Below, in pieces: positions 27,507-36,331 of a DNA stretch of 64,000 bases. How positions within the stretch are numbered: position 1 is the stretch's first letter; each line of letters opens with the position of its first letter. The stretch is from Acutalibacteraceae bacterium (lineage in GTDB: Bacteria > Bacillota > Clostridia > Oscillospirales > Acutalibacteraceae): the NCBI GenBank assembly GCA_045543035.1, contig JAZQMA010000055.1, positions 3,190 to 67,189 of the forward strand. Reading direction: 5' to 3'. The notes under the pieces were generated by a model. It was not told the origin of the DNA. It searched no databases and saw nothing but the letters and a program-made list of their open reading frames with translations. The position numbers were made by a program, and so were the translations under genes.

Positions 27507-28076
27507 GTGATTCAAGTGCCCAATATTAATGATTGGTTTTCTTCACTAGATATTGAAAATGGCGAAGAGCCCGAATCAGTAGATAATGCCCCAGAAGGAA
27601 GTAATTATACATATAAAGATACAGATATTGTTGATTTTTATAAAAAAGTAAATGATGAAAATAAAACGCCAGAAGAAAATATTCGAGACGGACATATAAG
27701 TAATTTGTTAGAATCCTATGTCAATGCATACAAATCCAAGATAACAACTCAAAAGTGTTTTAGATGTATTCTGTTTCTCATATCTATGTTAATCATAGTC
27801 GCATTTGCTTCTGTTTTTGTTAGTTTACTTGTAAACTTTGACTTTTCATCAGATTTAGATACAAGTGAAAGCCTTATTGGCTTAATATCTGTGTGTGTTA
27901 CATTTCTCACTTCAGTTATAGGAATATTAAAAATTATAGTAAAATACTGTTTCCCTGAAAATGATGAAAAATACATAACAGAAATAGTAAAGGCTGTGCA
28001 ACAAAATGACCTTGAAAACAAAAAGGAAAATTTAAAACATAAGTTAGCAATGAAAAATGATACCAAAAAACTGTAA
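27507..28076 (+). CDS. Hypothetical 2-TM protein
   Basis: 189 aa with a GTG start 14 nt after the ImmA stop. It has an acidic N-terminus, two hydrophobic helices, and a terminator hairpin at 28091-28124. Confidence 0.55.
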   Translation: MIQVPNINDWFSSLDIENGEEPESVDNAPEGSNYTYKDTDIVDFYKKVNDENKTPEENIRDGHISNLLESYVNAYKSKITTQKCFRCILFLISMLIIVAFASVFVSLLVNFDFSSDLDTSESLIGLISVCVTFLTSVIGILKIIVKYCFPENDEKYITEIVKAVQQNDLENKKENLKHKLAMKNDTKKL

Positions 28077-28090
28077 TTATAATTTCAAAA

Positions 28091-28124
28091 ACTCCCTTAC
28101 ACAACTATTGTGTAAGGGAGTTTT
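28091..28124 (+). terminator. Rho-independent terminator
   Basis: ACTCCCTTACACA-ACTATT-GTGTAAGGGAGT followed by TTTT. Confidence 0.75.
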
Positions 28125-28482
28125 GTTAAAATTATAATTACGAAAAAACGATAAAATAAAAAAACATTATTCATATTCGTTGAAGGATTTGGATACCATC
28201 AGCATCTGATATAAAGCTAGTAAGAAGGATAACCACCTGTTTTTTCTAGTGCCGAAATTTTATCTTTGTGTGATGATAATATGATCTAAATATTGCACTT
28301 TGTGCCCCAATATATGGAATATAGCTCATTATAAATTCGTCCACAAGATGCAATACTCTTTTGATTAAACTTTGGGTGTTGTATTTTCACATTACTGTAT
28401 ACAAAAACTATAATTTAATGTAATTTCAATGCACTATACGTATCAAATATAAATTATGTTTTGAATTTTTAGTTCAACCTTT

Positions 28483-29571
28483 TTAGTCTTCGATTTTTGA
28501 AAATTCTACATCTTCAACTAAATCATCCGCTGAAAAGTCTGTTCCATTTTTATTTTGTTTTTTGTAAAGATATTGAATATAATAATTACATAATTCTATT
28601 CCATATCGATATATATAATGCTTAAAAACATTATCATCGATGCTATCAAGCATCTTCTTTTCAGCGTTTTTTGATAGTTCTTCAAAATCAAGTTTATCTT
28701 TTTTTGCTTTATCTGCAAGTTTATCTATATCTATGATCTGTTTCTTTTTAGTTGAAATAACAAGTACAGCACGAATAAAGATCTCATTTTGTGTGTAGTA
28801 CTTTAACATAAAACATGCAATTGAACCTTTTAATTTATCATTTGCATCATATTCATCAAGTGTATCTTTTTCATAAAAATGTTCCTCAAAGGCTTTTTGT
28901 TTGCTATTATATAATATGCTCGATTTCTTTTTTTTCAAAAAGTTTTGTAAAGTATCTTCACAAAAATCCGATGTGGTTAATCCTGAAAAACTTTCGGCAT
29001 TCTCCCAATGATGCTCATCTTCTTTTGGAAAATTATATAAGAGTTGTACTTGAAAATCGTCTTTTTCATGAATATGCTTTTTTTCACTGGTCAAAAAAGC
29101 TAAATTTTCTACGAACTGATCAGATATATGTTTTAATTGTGTGCATGGTTGTGTGTAAACATGATCAGCAAGAAGATTACCAGCATAAATATTTGAAATT
29201 TGTTTTAATTGGTTTTCTATCTTATATCTACATATTGTGCTAGTGCTGTTTAAAACGGTGTGAAACAAATCTCGTTGTGCTGTGGTTAATTCTAAAATGC
29301 TTTTGGTATCATCCGTTATTTCGCCATATTTTTCGATTATCGCCAAACAACAATTAATTGTAAAAATGCCAACAGTAGCAATTATTCCCCATGTTGTTAA
29401 TGAAACATCTGATGTTTTAGTATCAACTTCTATTAAATAAAGTTTTTCTCCAAAATATGTTACTATTAAGGAAAACCAAATTCCAGATAGTTTACCAAAA
29501 AGCATGGATACAAGCCAGTGCTTCGAAGTGAAATTTTTAATTTCAGGTATAAATTTTTTAATCGACTTCAT
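28483..29571 (-). CDS. Hypothetical membrane protein (2-3 N-terminal TM helices plus a cytoplasmic domain)
   Basis: 362-aa AT-rich ORF with no recognised motif. Confidence 0.6.
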   Translation of the reverse strand: MKSIKKFIPEIKNFTSKHWLVSMLFGKLSGIWFSLIVTYFGEKLYLIEVDTKTSDVSLTTWGIIATVGIFTINCCLAIIEKYGEITDDTKSILELTTAQRDLFHTVLNSTSTICRYKIENQLKQISNIYAGNLLADHVYTQPCTQLKHISDQFVENLAFLTSEKKHIHEKDDFQVQLLYNFPKEDEHHWENAESFSGLTTSDFCEDTLQNFLKKKKSSILYNSKQKAFEEHFYEKDTLDEYDANDKLKGSIACFMLKYYTQNEIFIRAVLVISTKKKQIIDIDKLADKAKKDKLDFEELSKNAEKKMLDSIDDNVFKHYIYRYGIELCNYYIQYLYKKQNKNGTDFSADDLVEDVEFSKIED

Positions 29572-29755
29572 ATTGTATCTGTACCCTTCTTTTTTTATTG
29601 TTACTCATTCTTTTCCTTTTCTTCCCGTGGCTTTCAATTCCAACGGTCATCAAAATGGATTTCTCTCGTAACTTGATTTTGCCTATATTGTTCAGTTCTT
29701 CTGATATAGCAAATCTATAAATACCAGATGAAATAGTTTCTTGTTTTTGTTTCAT
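29558..29755 (-). CDS. Small basic hypothetical protein
   Basis: 65 aa, ending 14 nt inside the downstream 362-aa gene (coupled arrangement). Lys/Arg-rich tail. Confidence 0.35.
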   Translation of the reverse strand: MKQKQETISSGIYRFAISEELNNIGKIKLREKSILMTVGIESHGKKRKRMSNNKKRRVQIQYEVD

Positions 29756-29894
29756 CCAAACACTCCTATATTATGTTTTCAAAATTATCAGATTGATCAT
29801 GATCTTTAAAGTAAAAAACAATAAATTGTTTTCGTATTCTTTTAAGAAAAGAATTATTATAAAATTAAATGCATAAGAATTTATAATTTGTAAT

Positions 29895-30506
29895 TCATTT
29901 AAAAATGAATGAATTTTCTAAATTCATCGAAATAAAAGGTAAATTAAGTGCATCAAGCTGTTGCATAAAATTGCTGTTATTAAATATTATTGAAATTGTT
30001 TTGTAGTCATTATTGAAAAAAGATTGTTTTAAAGTTTCTTCTTTACACCCTGAACTTAATAGCATTTTCATAAACCAAAAGTTGGATTGAAAACCTACTT
30101 CGTCTGTGTGATTTGTTATTTTATAAGTGAGCCATTCGTTCAAAGTTGCATTTAAACCAAAATAATCATGTCCGTTTTCTTTAAATGCTATACCAATTAC
30201 CCAACAGAACTTAAACTTGTTAATATGTTTAAAATTCCTACTCAATCTATTTATAAATTCTCGTACAACAATATGTTCATTAAATAACGATTCTTTTATA
30301 AAAATATATCCGTTTTTGGTTAAACATTTACTTCGAGTAACATTCAAATCTTTATGTTTGCCTATACATTTTCCATCGGGAATAATGAATACTTTTTTTG
30401 TCATGTTTGGTACTTTACTAAAGTTTTTAACATAAGGCTCATATTGTTCTTTAATTTTTTCGTAATATTTATCATTGATTCTTTTTAATTCTTTTGAATA
30501 ATCCAT
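29895..30506 (-). CDS. Hypothetical protein
   Basis: 203-aa ORF in AT-rich DNA with no recognised motif. Confidence 0.5.
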   Translation of the reverse strand: MDYSKELKRINDKYYEKIKEQYEPYVKNFSKVPNMTKKVFIIPDGKCIGKHKDLNVTRSKCLTKNGYIFIKESLFNEHIVVREFINRLSRNFKHINKFKFCWVIGIAFKENGHDYFGLNATLNEWLTYKITNHTDEVGFQSNFWFMKMLLSSGCKEETLKQSFFNNDYKTISIIFNNSNFMQQLDALNLPFISMNLENSFIFK

Positions 30507-30673
30507 AAAATGCTCCTATAATAATTTGGGGTAATTATTTAAAAAATCGCAGTAACACCATACAAAATATATCAAATATTTTTTTAATACATTTTGAAAC
30601 ATGAATTTTTTTGACTGGGAATTATGCAATTTTTTATAATTTGGTGTTAGTGTATACAGTTTGCCTAAAGTAT

Positions 30674-30898
30674 TTAACTTGCCTTATCATCCTCTCTATA
30701 ACTGTCAATCCTCTTAATCCACTCCTCTTTTTCTTCAGGAGTTAATTCCCCTAGTGGTTTACGCAATATCTTTGCTACCTTAGATGCATAAAACAGCAAT
30801 TCTATATTCTCTTTATGTAAAGGGTTTTCGTTCATCCGCATTACAGTTGCTTTTTTCAAAACAAAAGCAGCAAATGAAAAGATAAATCTTTTTAACAT
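30674..30898 (-). CDS. Small hypothetical protein divergent from the ICE left-end genes
   Basis: The ORF ends ...LTPEEKEEWIKRIDSYREDDKAS. The start is ambiguous (30898 or 30841). Confidence 0.4.
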   Translation of the reverse strand: MLKRFIFSFAAFVLKKATVMRMNENPLHKENIELLFYASKVAKILRKPLGELTPEEKEEWIKRIDSYREDDKAS

Positions 30899-30908
30899 CT
30901 TAAATGCA

Positions 30909-31216
30909 CCTCCATATATATATGACAAAAATCGACAAATACTTCACAAAAATTTTTATAAATATTTAAAATCGTGAAAATCAACAAAAAACAACACCGT
31001 GTTTCGTGCAACTACGACAACACGGTGTTGTTTTATATATCCCCATATGAAAGGAGTTGGTGATAAATATGAATCACCCGTAAAACCAAACAAAAAATAG
31101 GAGTTGATTTTAATGAATACAGGTAAAAAGCATCCGAGATTAATCGGTATGTCCCATCATGACGAAAGAGAACTGAACTCTATTGAAGAAGTTGCAAAAT
31201 ATATATGTGAAAAAGG
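30909..31216. repeat. ICE left-end control region (intact copy of the 23637-23932 repeat)
   Basis: Contains the 10-bp inverted repeat CAACACCGTG...CACGGTGTTG, a 4-codon mini-ORF (ATGAATCACCCGTAA) behind GAAAGGAG, and the start of the first ICE gene. Confidence 0.85.
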
Positions 31217-31415
31217 TGTGTCAGGTGATGTAACAATTACATACGAAGACGGAACTCCGTTCTTAAACACCTTCGGAATATATATTGATAGAATTTCTGA
31301 TATGGAGTATCGTTCAGAATTGTTAAAAGTCCTTATTCCCATGCAGAAAGCATTGGACGGCACAGAAGATTTTGGTGATCCCGATGACTCTGAAGATATG
31401 GGAATCGAAATGTAA
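31113..31415 (+). CDS. Small acidic hypothetical protein
   Basis: 100 aa, with TAGGAG 9 nt upstream of the ATG. Acidic C-terminus DGTEDFGDPDDSEDMGIEM. Confidence 0.6.
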   Translation: MNTGKKHPRLIGMSHHDERELNSIEEVAKYICEKGVSGDVTITYEDGTPFLNTFGIYIDRISDMEYRSELLKVLIPMQKALDGTEDFGDPDDSEDMGIEM

Positions 31416-31430
31416 AAGAGGTGAAATTTT

Positions 31431-31721
31431 ATGAGCTCATTTGAGAATATGTCACGATATGCAGAACGAATGCAGAAGCAGTATCCCGAAGGTACTCGCC
31501 TTTTGTTGAACAGCATGAATGATCCTTACGCTCCTGTTCCACCCGGTACAAGAGGTACAGTTGACTTTGTAGATGATGCTGGTCAAATTCATATGAAATG
31601 GGATAACGGTAGAACACTTGCAATCGTTCCCAGTGAAGACGATTTCAGAAAGCTTACCGATGAAGAATTGGCTGAAGAATCTGAAACCGAAGAAACAGAA
31701 AATATTGAACAAACAATGTAA
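31431..31721 (+). CDS. DUF4314-like protein
   Basis: YPEGTRLLLNSMNDPYAPVPPGTRGTVDFVDDAGQIHMKWDNGRTLAIV is the pattern recalled for DUF4314 in Firmicutes mobile elements. Confidence 0.65.
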   Translation: MSSFENMSRYAERMQKQYPEGTRLLLNSMNDPYAPVPPGTRGTVDFVDDAGQIHMKWDNGRTLAIVPSEDDFRKLTDEELAEESETEETENIEQTM

Positions 31722-31767
31722 AAATGAGGTGTATAAAAACTAAATAAATAGGATGGTCGGATGCTAT

Positions 31768-32877
31768 ATGGCAATCCGATTTTTTGATATGTTTGCAGGT
31801 ATCGGTGGGTTTCGTTCAGGGTTAACTGCCATAGGTGGCTTTGAGTGTGTCGGTCATTGTGAAATTGATAAATATGCTAATGCTGCCTACTGTGCGATGT
31901 ACGAAACCGGAGGTGAGCAATATTATGAAGATGCACGGCAAATTAACCCCGAAGCCTTACCCGATTTCGACCTGCTCTGTGCAGGATTTCCTTGCCAAGC
32001 TTTCAGCGTTGCCGGAAAACGAATGGGATTCAGTGATACAAGAGGAACTCTCTTCTTTGATGTTGCCCGAATCCTTGAAGTTAAAAGACCTGCATTTGTA
32101 TTCTTGGAAAACGTTCAAGGCTTGTTATCGCATGACTCAGGCGAAACACTTAAAACCATCTACTCCGTGCTTGTTGAAATGGGGTATAATCTCGAATGGT
32201 GTGTGCTTAACAGCAAATATTTCGGAGTCCCCCAACAAAGAAGGCGGTTGTATATTATCGGATATCTTGATGGACGATGTACCGGACAAATATTTCCTGT
32301 CGAATGCTGCAATGGAGAAAATCTCAAGGAAGTCATTCCCGGCAGCCAAGGACAAAGAGTCTACGACATAACAGGTGTTTCGTGTACATTGTGTGCAGGT
32401 GGAGGTGGTATGGGTGGTAAAACAGGATTGTATTTCATTGATATGAATAGTGAACCTGTAATAACTCCCCAAGCACGATGCATAACTGCACGACAAGATT
32501 CAGGTGTAAGCAATCGCAGAGGAGAACATTCAGGTGTACTGATAGAAGATGCTCCGAGAGCAGTATTGACACCCGATAGAGAAAAGGTTCGTCAGCAAGG
32601 CAGACGGATGAAAGAACCCGATGAGGAAATGTTCACAATAACTGCTCAAGACAGACATGGCGTTTATCATAAGGGGAGAATCCGTAAGCTTATGCCCATT
32701 GAGTGTTGGCGTTTGCAAGGGTTTGAAGACAAACAATTTAATAAGGTTGTCGCATCCGGTATTAAGGATGGACAGTTATATAAGATGGCTGGTAACTCTG
32801 TGAGTGTACCGGTCATTTCTGCTATTGGCAGAAAAATAAGAGAAGTTAATGAAAAATATCAAATTGTAAAGGAGTGA
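31768..32877 (+). CDS. DNA (cytosine-5)-methyltransferase, no adjacent endonuclease
   Basis: Motif I is FDMFAGIGGF, motif IV GFPCQAFS, motif VI ENVQGL, motif VIII QQRRR and motif X GNSVSVPV. Confidence 0.9.
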   Translation: MAIRFFDMFAGIGGFRSGLTAIGGFECVGHCEIDKYANAAYCAMYETGGEQYYEDARQINPEALPDFDLLCAGFPCQAFSVAGKRMGFSDTRGTLFFDVARILEVKRPAFVFLENVQGLLSHDSGETLKTIYSVLVEMGYNLEWCVLNSKYFGVPQQRRRLYIIGYLDGRCTGQIFPVECCNGENLKEVIPGSQGQRVYDITGVSCTLCAGGGGMGGKTGLYFIDMNSEPVITPQARCITARQDSGVSNRRGEHSGVLIEDAPRAVLTPDREKVRQQGRRMKEPDEEMFTITAQDRHGVYHKGRIRKLMPIECWRLQGFEDKQFNKVVASGIKDGQLYKMAGNSVSVPVISAIGRKIREVNEKYQIVKE

Positions 32878-32881
32878 TAGT

Positions 32882-33952
32882 ATGCCGAACCATGTTACTA
32901 ATCGTATCAAGTTTTCGGGTGATCCCGAAAGAATCAGAGCGATTATGGAAGGTATAAAACACGATGAAATGGGTCTTGGTTCTGTTGATTTCAACAAGAT
33001 AATTCCTATGCCTGAATCATTGAATATTACAGCAGGTTCTGTTACAGATAAAGGTCTTAAAGCATATAAAGACTTTGTATCTGTTCTTTTATTTGATGGT
33101 GCAAACAAAGGGATTGACCTTCTGAATATTCCCGAAGAAAAAGAAGCTATCTTCTTAAAACAGAGAACAGATATTGATGATGACGAATGGGCAGCAGGTC
33201 GTCAGGCTTTCCGTAACATTCAGCAGTATGGGTTTCCTACATGGTATGAATGGAGTATCAATAATTGGGGTACAAAATGGAATGCCTACGACTGTATTGA
33301 AATTGAAGGTACAACAGAAGAACAGTATGAACTCTGTTTTAATACTGCCTGGTCTGCTCCACATCCTATTCTGTCAAAACTTGCGCAGATGTATCCCGAT
33401 GTTGAAATAGAACATGAATGGGCTGATGAAGACTTCGGTCACAATCTTGGCAGGATTAGGTATAAGGGCGATATAGTTCTTGAAGAATATATACCTGAAA
33501 CCATAAAAGAAGCATTCGAACATGCTTTGAAAGTTCACGGATATGAAGATATGGAAACTGTTGGTCTAACATTGAATTCAACTGAAACCGACTATATTCC
33601 TATTTGGCATGAAGAATTATCTGCTGTTCAGTTTCAAGATAAGGTATTTTTGTTCTCTGAAAGCAGAAAGACTGCAGCTGATGTTCCTAAAGGCTTCTAC
33701 TGTTATGAATGCAGAACAAGTGATGACCAAAGCTTCTTGGCAACTCTTGAACCGAATGTAAAAGTAAACTACGGTGGTACTCTCATTACGGATGAACCGA
33801 TTGAATTCGGAGAAAAAGGCTATATAGACCTTAAAGAAGAACCAATTTCATTCCCCGATATTGACGAGGTATCTTTTGAAAGGTTTATGAACGATAAGGC
33901 AGGAATTGAACAGGAAATGGTAGGTGCAGAAAGTTGTCAGTTAAGACAGTAA
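32882..33952 (+). CDS. DUF1281 (Api92-like ferredoxin-like domain) protein with C-terminal extension
   Basis: The MPNHVTNRIKF start and NTAWSAPHPILSKLAQMYPDVEIEHEWADEDFGHNLG are typical of DUF1281. Confidence 0.6.
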   Translation: MPNHVTNRIKFSGDPERIRAIMEGIKHDEMGLGSVDFNKIIPMPESLNITAGSVTDKGLKAYKDFVSVLLFDGANKGIDLLNIPEEKEAIFLKQRTDIDDDEWAAGRQAFRNIQQYGFPTWYEWSINNWGTKWNAYDCIEIEGTTEEQYELCFNTAWSAPHPILSKLAQMYPDVEIEHEWADEDFGHNLGRIRYKGDIVLEEYIPETIKEAFEHALKVHGYEDMETVGLTLNSTETDYIPIWHEELSAVQFQDKVFLFSESRKTAADVPKGFYCYECRTSDDQSFLATLEPNVKVNYGGTLITDEPIEFGEKGYIDLKEEPISFPDIDEVSFERFMNDKAGIEQEMVGAESCQLRQ

Positions 33953-34527
33953 ACACGGAAGAACTTCGTAGTATGTCCAGTACCGAAGGTCTTGTGTTAC
34001 AGGGCTGTGGTGGTGAACTGAAAGAATGGATTGACGGCATCAACGGATTGTTTAAGAGGAGTGGAATTCTCCTTGAAGATAGCGAATTCAAAGAAGATGA
34101 CTGTTATACATTTAAAAACGGTGATCTCACTTGTTTGTTGTTTCCCTTTAGTGATGATATAAGCATCGATTTAGGGAAAATGGCAATGTGGCGTTTGCAG
34201 ACACATCAAGACCTCGGTGGTACTTGGTTTTCTGACTATGTAGATAATCGTCTCGGTGGTTTCATTAAAGAAAATGATTCACCCGAAGAAAAAGCAAAAC
34301 CCGATTGTGCTTTGATTGGTGAGGATGGTAATATTTTTAATCTTATGGGTATTGCATCAAGAACCTTAAAAGAAAACGGTATGGCTAATGAAGCCAAAGA
34401 AATGTGTGAGCGTGTAAGGTCATCAGGCAGTTATTACGAAGCTCTCGGTGTTATCGGTGAATATGTCAATATCACCTCCTCCGAAGACATGACCGAAGAT
34501 GAAAGCGAGGGAATTGCATTACAATGA
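33934..34527 (+). CDS. Hypothetical acidic protein
   Basis: 197-aa ORF with TTG at 33934 or ATG at 33973 as start. No motif recognised. Confidence 0.5.
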   Translation: MSVKTVNTEELRSMSSTEGLVLQGCGGELKEWIDGINGLFKRSGILLEDSEFKEDDCYTFKNGDLTCLLFPFSDDISIDLGKMAMWRLQTHQDLGGTWFSDYVDNRLGGFIKENDSPEEKAKPDCALIGEDGNIFNLMGIASRTLKENGMANEAKEMCERVRSSGSYYEALGVIGEYVNITSSEDMTEDESEGIALQ

Positions 34528-34667
34528 GTGAAATCCTTGCATTTATCATAGGTGCTATGTTAAGCAGTATAGTAACTACCACAGCGATGTGTTGCGTTTT
34601 TATAAACAAAAAGAATTACTATGAAGAAAAAATCATAGAACTTCAAAAATCAAATAAGCAAGAGTAA
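34524..34667 (+). CDS. Small membrane protein (47 aa, below the ORF-track cutoff)
   Basis: ATG overlaps the previous stop (ATGA). MSEILAFIIGAMLSSIVTTTAMCCVFINKK... is followed by a terminator. Confidence 0.45.
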   Translation: MSEILAFIIGAMLSSIVTTTAMCCVFINKKNYYEEKIIELQKSNKQE

Positions 34668-34707
34668 GACGGTATTTATCACAAAATGATGAATACCGTC
34701 TTTTTTT
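34666..34707 (+). terminator. Rho-independent terminator
   Basis: AAGACGGTATT...AATACCGTCTT followed by TTTTTT. Confidence 0.8.
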
Positions 34708-34730
34708 ATGCCCAAAAGTGAGGTGATTCA

Positions 34731-35711
34731 ATGAAAACCCCTGTATCAAGGGTTGGTAACAAAAGTTCAATACTCAACATTCTCTATGCTGTATTTCCTT
34801 TACAGTACGGCAGATTTGTTGATGTGTTCGGTGGTTCCGGTAGCGTCCTTCTGGGAAAAGAGCAGGTTGACTCCTTCGAGGTTTACAATGACTATGACAG
34901 GAATTTGGTAAACCTTTTCCATTGCATGAAGGAACGAACTATGGCAACAATTCGTGAAATCGGCTTTTGCAATCTTAACTCACGTGAGGATTTTAACTCT
35001 GTTAAAAAGTTCTTTGAGTTTGAAGAATTTAAAGATGATTTTTACAGAGAAGAATTACTGTTGACAGAACTGATGTTTCCACCACCCGAAGCAAATGAAC
35101 TTAATGAAATAAGAACTCGTATTACTAAAGACTATGATGTCCGTAGAGCAGCAATGTTTCTCAAACTCTTACGATACAGTTATTCAAGCGGCTGTAAGTC
35201 TTTTGCATCACAGCCATTTGATATACGAAAGTTGTTTGAGCTTATAAAACAACTTGAAAACAGAATGGCAAATGTAGTGGTTGAAAACCAGGACTTTGAA
35301 ACGCTTATAAAACACTACGACAGACAGGATACTTTTTTCTATGCTGATCCCCCATATTTTTCTACTGAAGATATGTATGCTGTAGGCTTTAACTGGAATG
35401 ATCACGTGCGCTTAAAGGATACACTTTCCAAAATACAAGGTAAGTTCTTGCTTTCATATAACGATTGTCCTGAGATAAGGGAACTGTACAAAGGCTTTTC
35501 TATGCTTGATTTTTCTCGTACTCATTCTATGGCACAAAGGTACGAAGCCGGAAAAGAATTCAAAGAGTTGCTTATATCAAACTATGACTTATACGAAAGA
35601 GAACGAAGCAAACCACAACAGTTAACCTTATTCAGTTGTTATGGTGATGATAAATATGATTATGAAAAAGTGTTAAAGGAGTGTATCGTCCAATGCAGAA
35701 TTCAGAATTAA
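34731..35711 (+). CDS. D12-class N6-adenine DNA methyltransferase (Dam-like), no adjacent endonuclease
   Basis: FVDVFGGSGSV AdoMet motif and the catalytic FYADPPYF (DPPY) motif. Confidence 0.85.
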   Translation: MKTPVSRVGNKSSILNILYAVFPLQYGRFVDVFGGSGSVLLGKEQVDSFEVYNDYDRNLVNLFHCMKERTMATIREIGFCNLNSREDFNSVKKFFEFEEFKDDFYREELLLTELMFPPPEANELNEIRTRITKDYDVRRAAMFLKLLRYSYSSGCKSFASQPFDIRKLFELIKQLENRMANVVVENQDFETLIKHYDRQDTFFYADPPYFSTEDMYAVGFNWNDHVRLKDTLSKIQGKFLLSYNDCPEIRELYKGFSMLDFSRTHSMAQRYEAGKEFKELLISNYDLYERERSKPQQLTLFSCYGDDKYDYEKVLKECIVQCRIQN

Positions 35712-35853
35712 ATCAAGACAGTATATTTCTTTCTATACCTCTTGAAGATTTTGAGAGTTTAAACATTTCGGTAGAAAGAGTGTGTTCTACCCATTCAGGC
35801 GTGGGAACATTACATATTAAAATAACAAACAACGAAAGCGAGGTTGAAAATTG

Positions 35854-36159
35854 ATGGCAAAAATATATCGTGTGCTCGGTAAAAAAGGAAGGATTACAAT
35901 TCCTTTTGAATTGAGGCAATCTGTCGGATTTAAATATAACGATATTTTATCATTTACCGAATCCGATGATGGAAGTTCAATAATTGTTAAAAGAGAAAAA
36001 GTATGTGATAACTGTAAGTTAACTGATTCATCACAAATTGATGAAATGACTTTATATGATTTTTTGAATCAACTTCCCGTCGAGCAGCAAAAAGCTGCAC
36101 TTGTTCATCTTTCGGTTAAATGGGCAATGGAACAGGCAGGTGTTTCTCTTGAAAATTAA
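35854..36159 (+). CDS. AbrB/MazE/SpoVT-family DNA-binding protein
   Basis: KKGRITIPFELRQSVGFKYNDILSF swapped-hairpin motif. Confidence 0.7.
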   Translation: MAKIYRVLGKKGRITIPFELRQSVGFKYNDILSFTESDDGSSIIVKREKVCDNCKLTDSSQIDEMTLYDFLNQLPVEQQKAALVHLSVKWAMEQAGVSLEN

Positions 36160-36283
36160 GATATTCCAAATCAACAATGAACGAGATGCACTCGATGTTA
36201 AGTTTATGAACCTTGACAGAACTGCACGAATTCAGAAAACAGACAAAATAAAGCCTAAAATAATATTCGTCAAAACACATTGA
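36152..36283 (+). pseudogene. Truncated duplicate of the YodL-like gene 5' end
   Basis: KIKIFQINNERDALDVKFMNLDRTARIQKTDKI matches the N-terminus of the 37042 gene and then terminates. Confidence 0.7.
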
Positions 36284-36331
36284 CAAAAGCATTAAAGATG
36301 CTTGAACAAAAATACACAAAAGGTGGTAGCA

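Larger units (their letters stand above)
18858..30908. mobile_element. AT-rich cargo/accretion island at the left side of the insertion in spoVAD
   Basis: Composition drops abruptly (by eye) right after the spoVAD break. The genes are orphans and host heptamer repeats are absent. The island contains an internal tRNA and a degenerate copy of the ICE left-end region. Confidence 0.65.
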
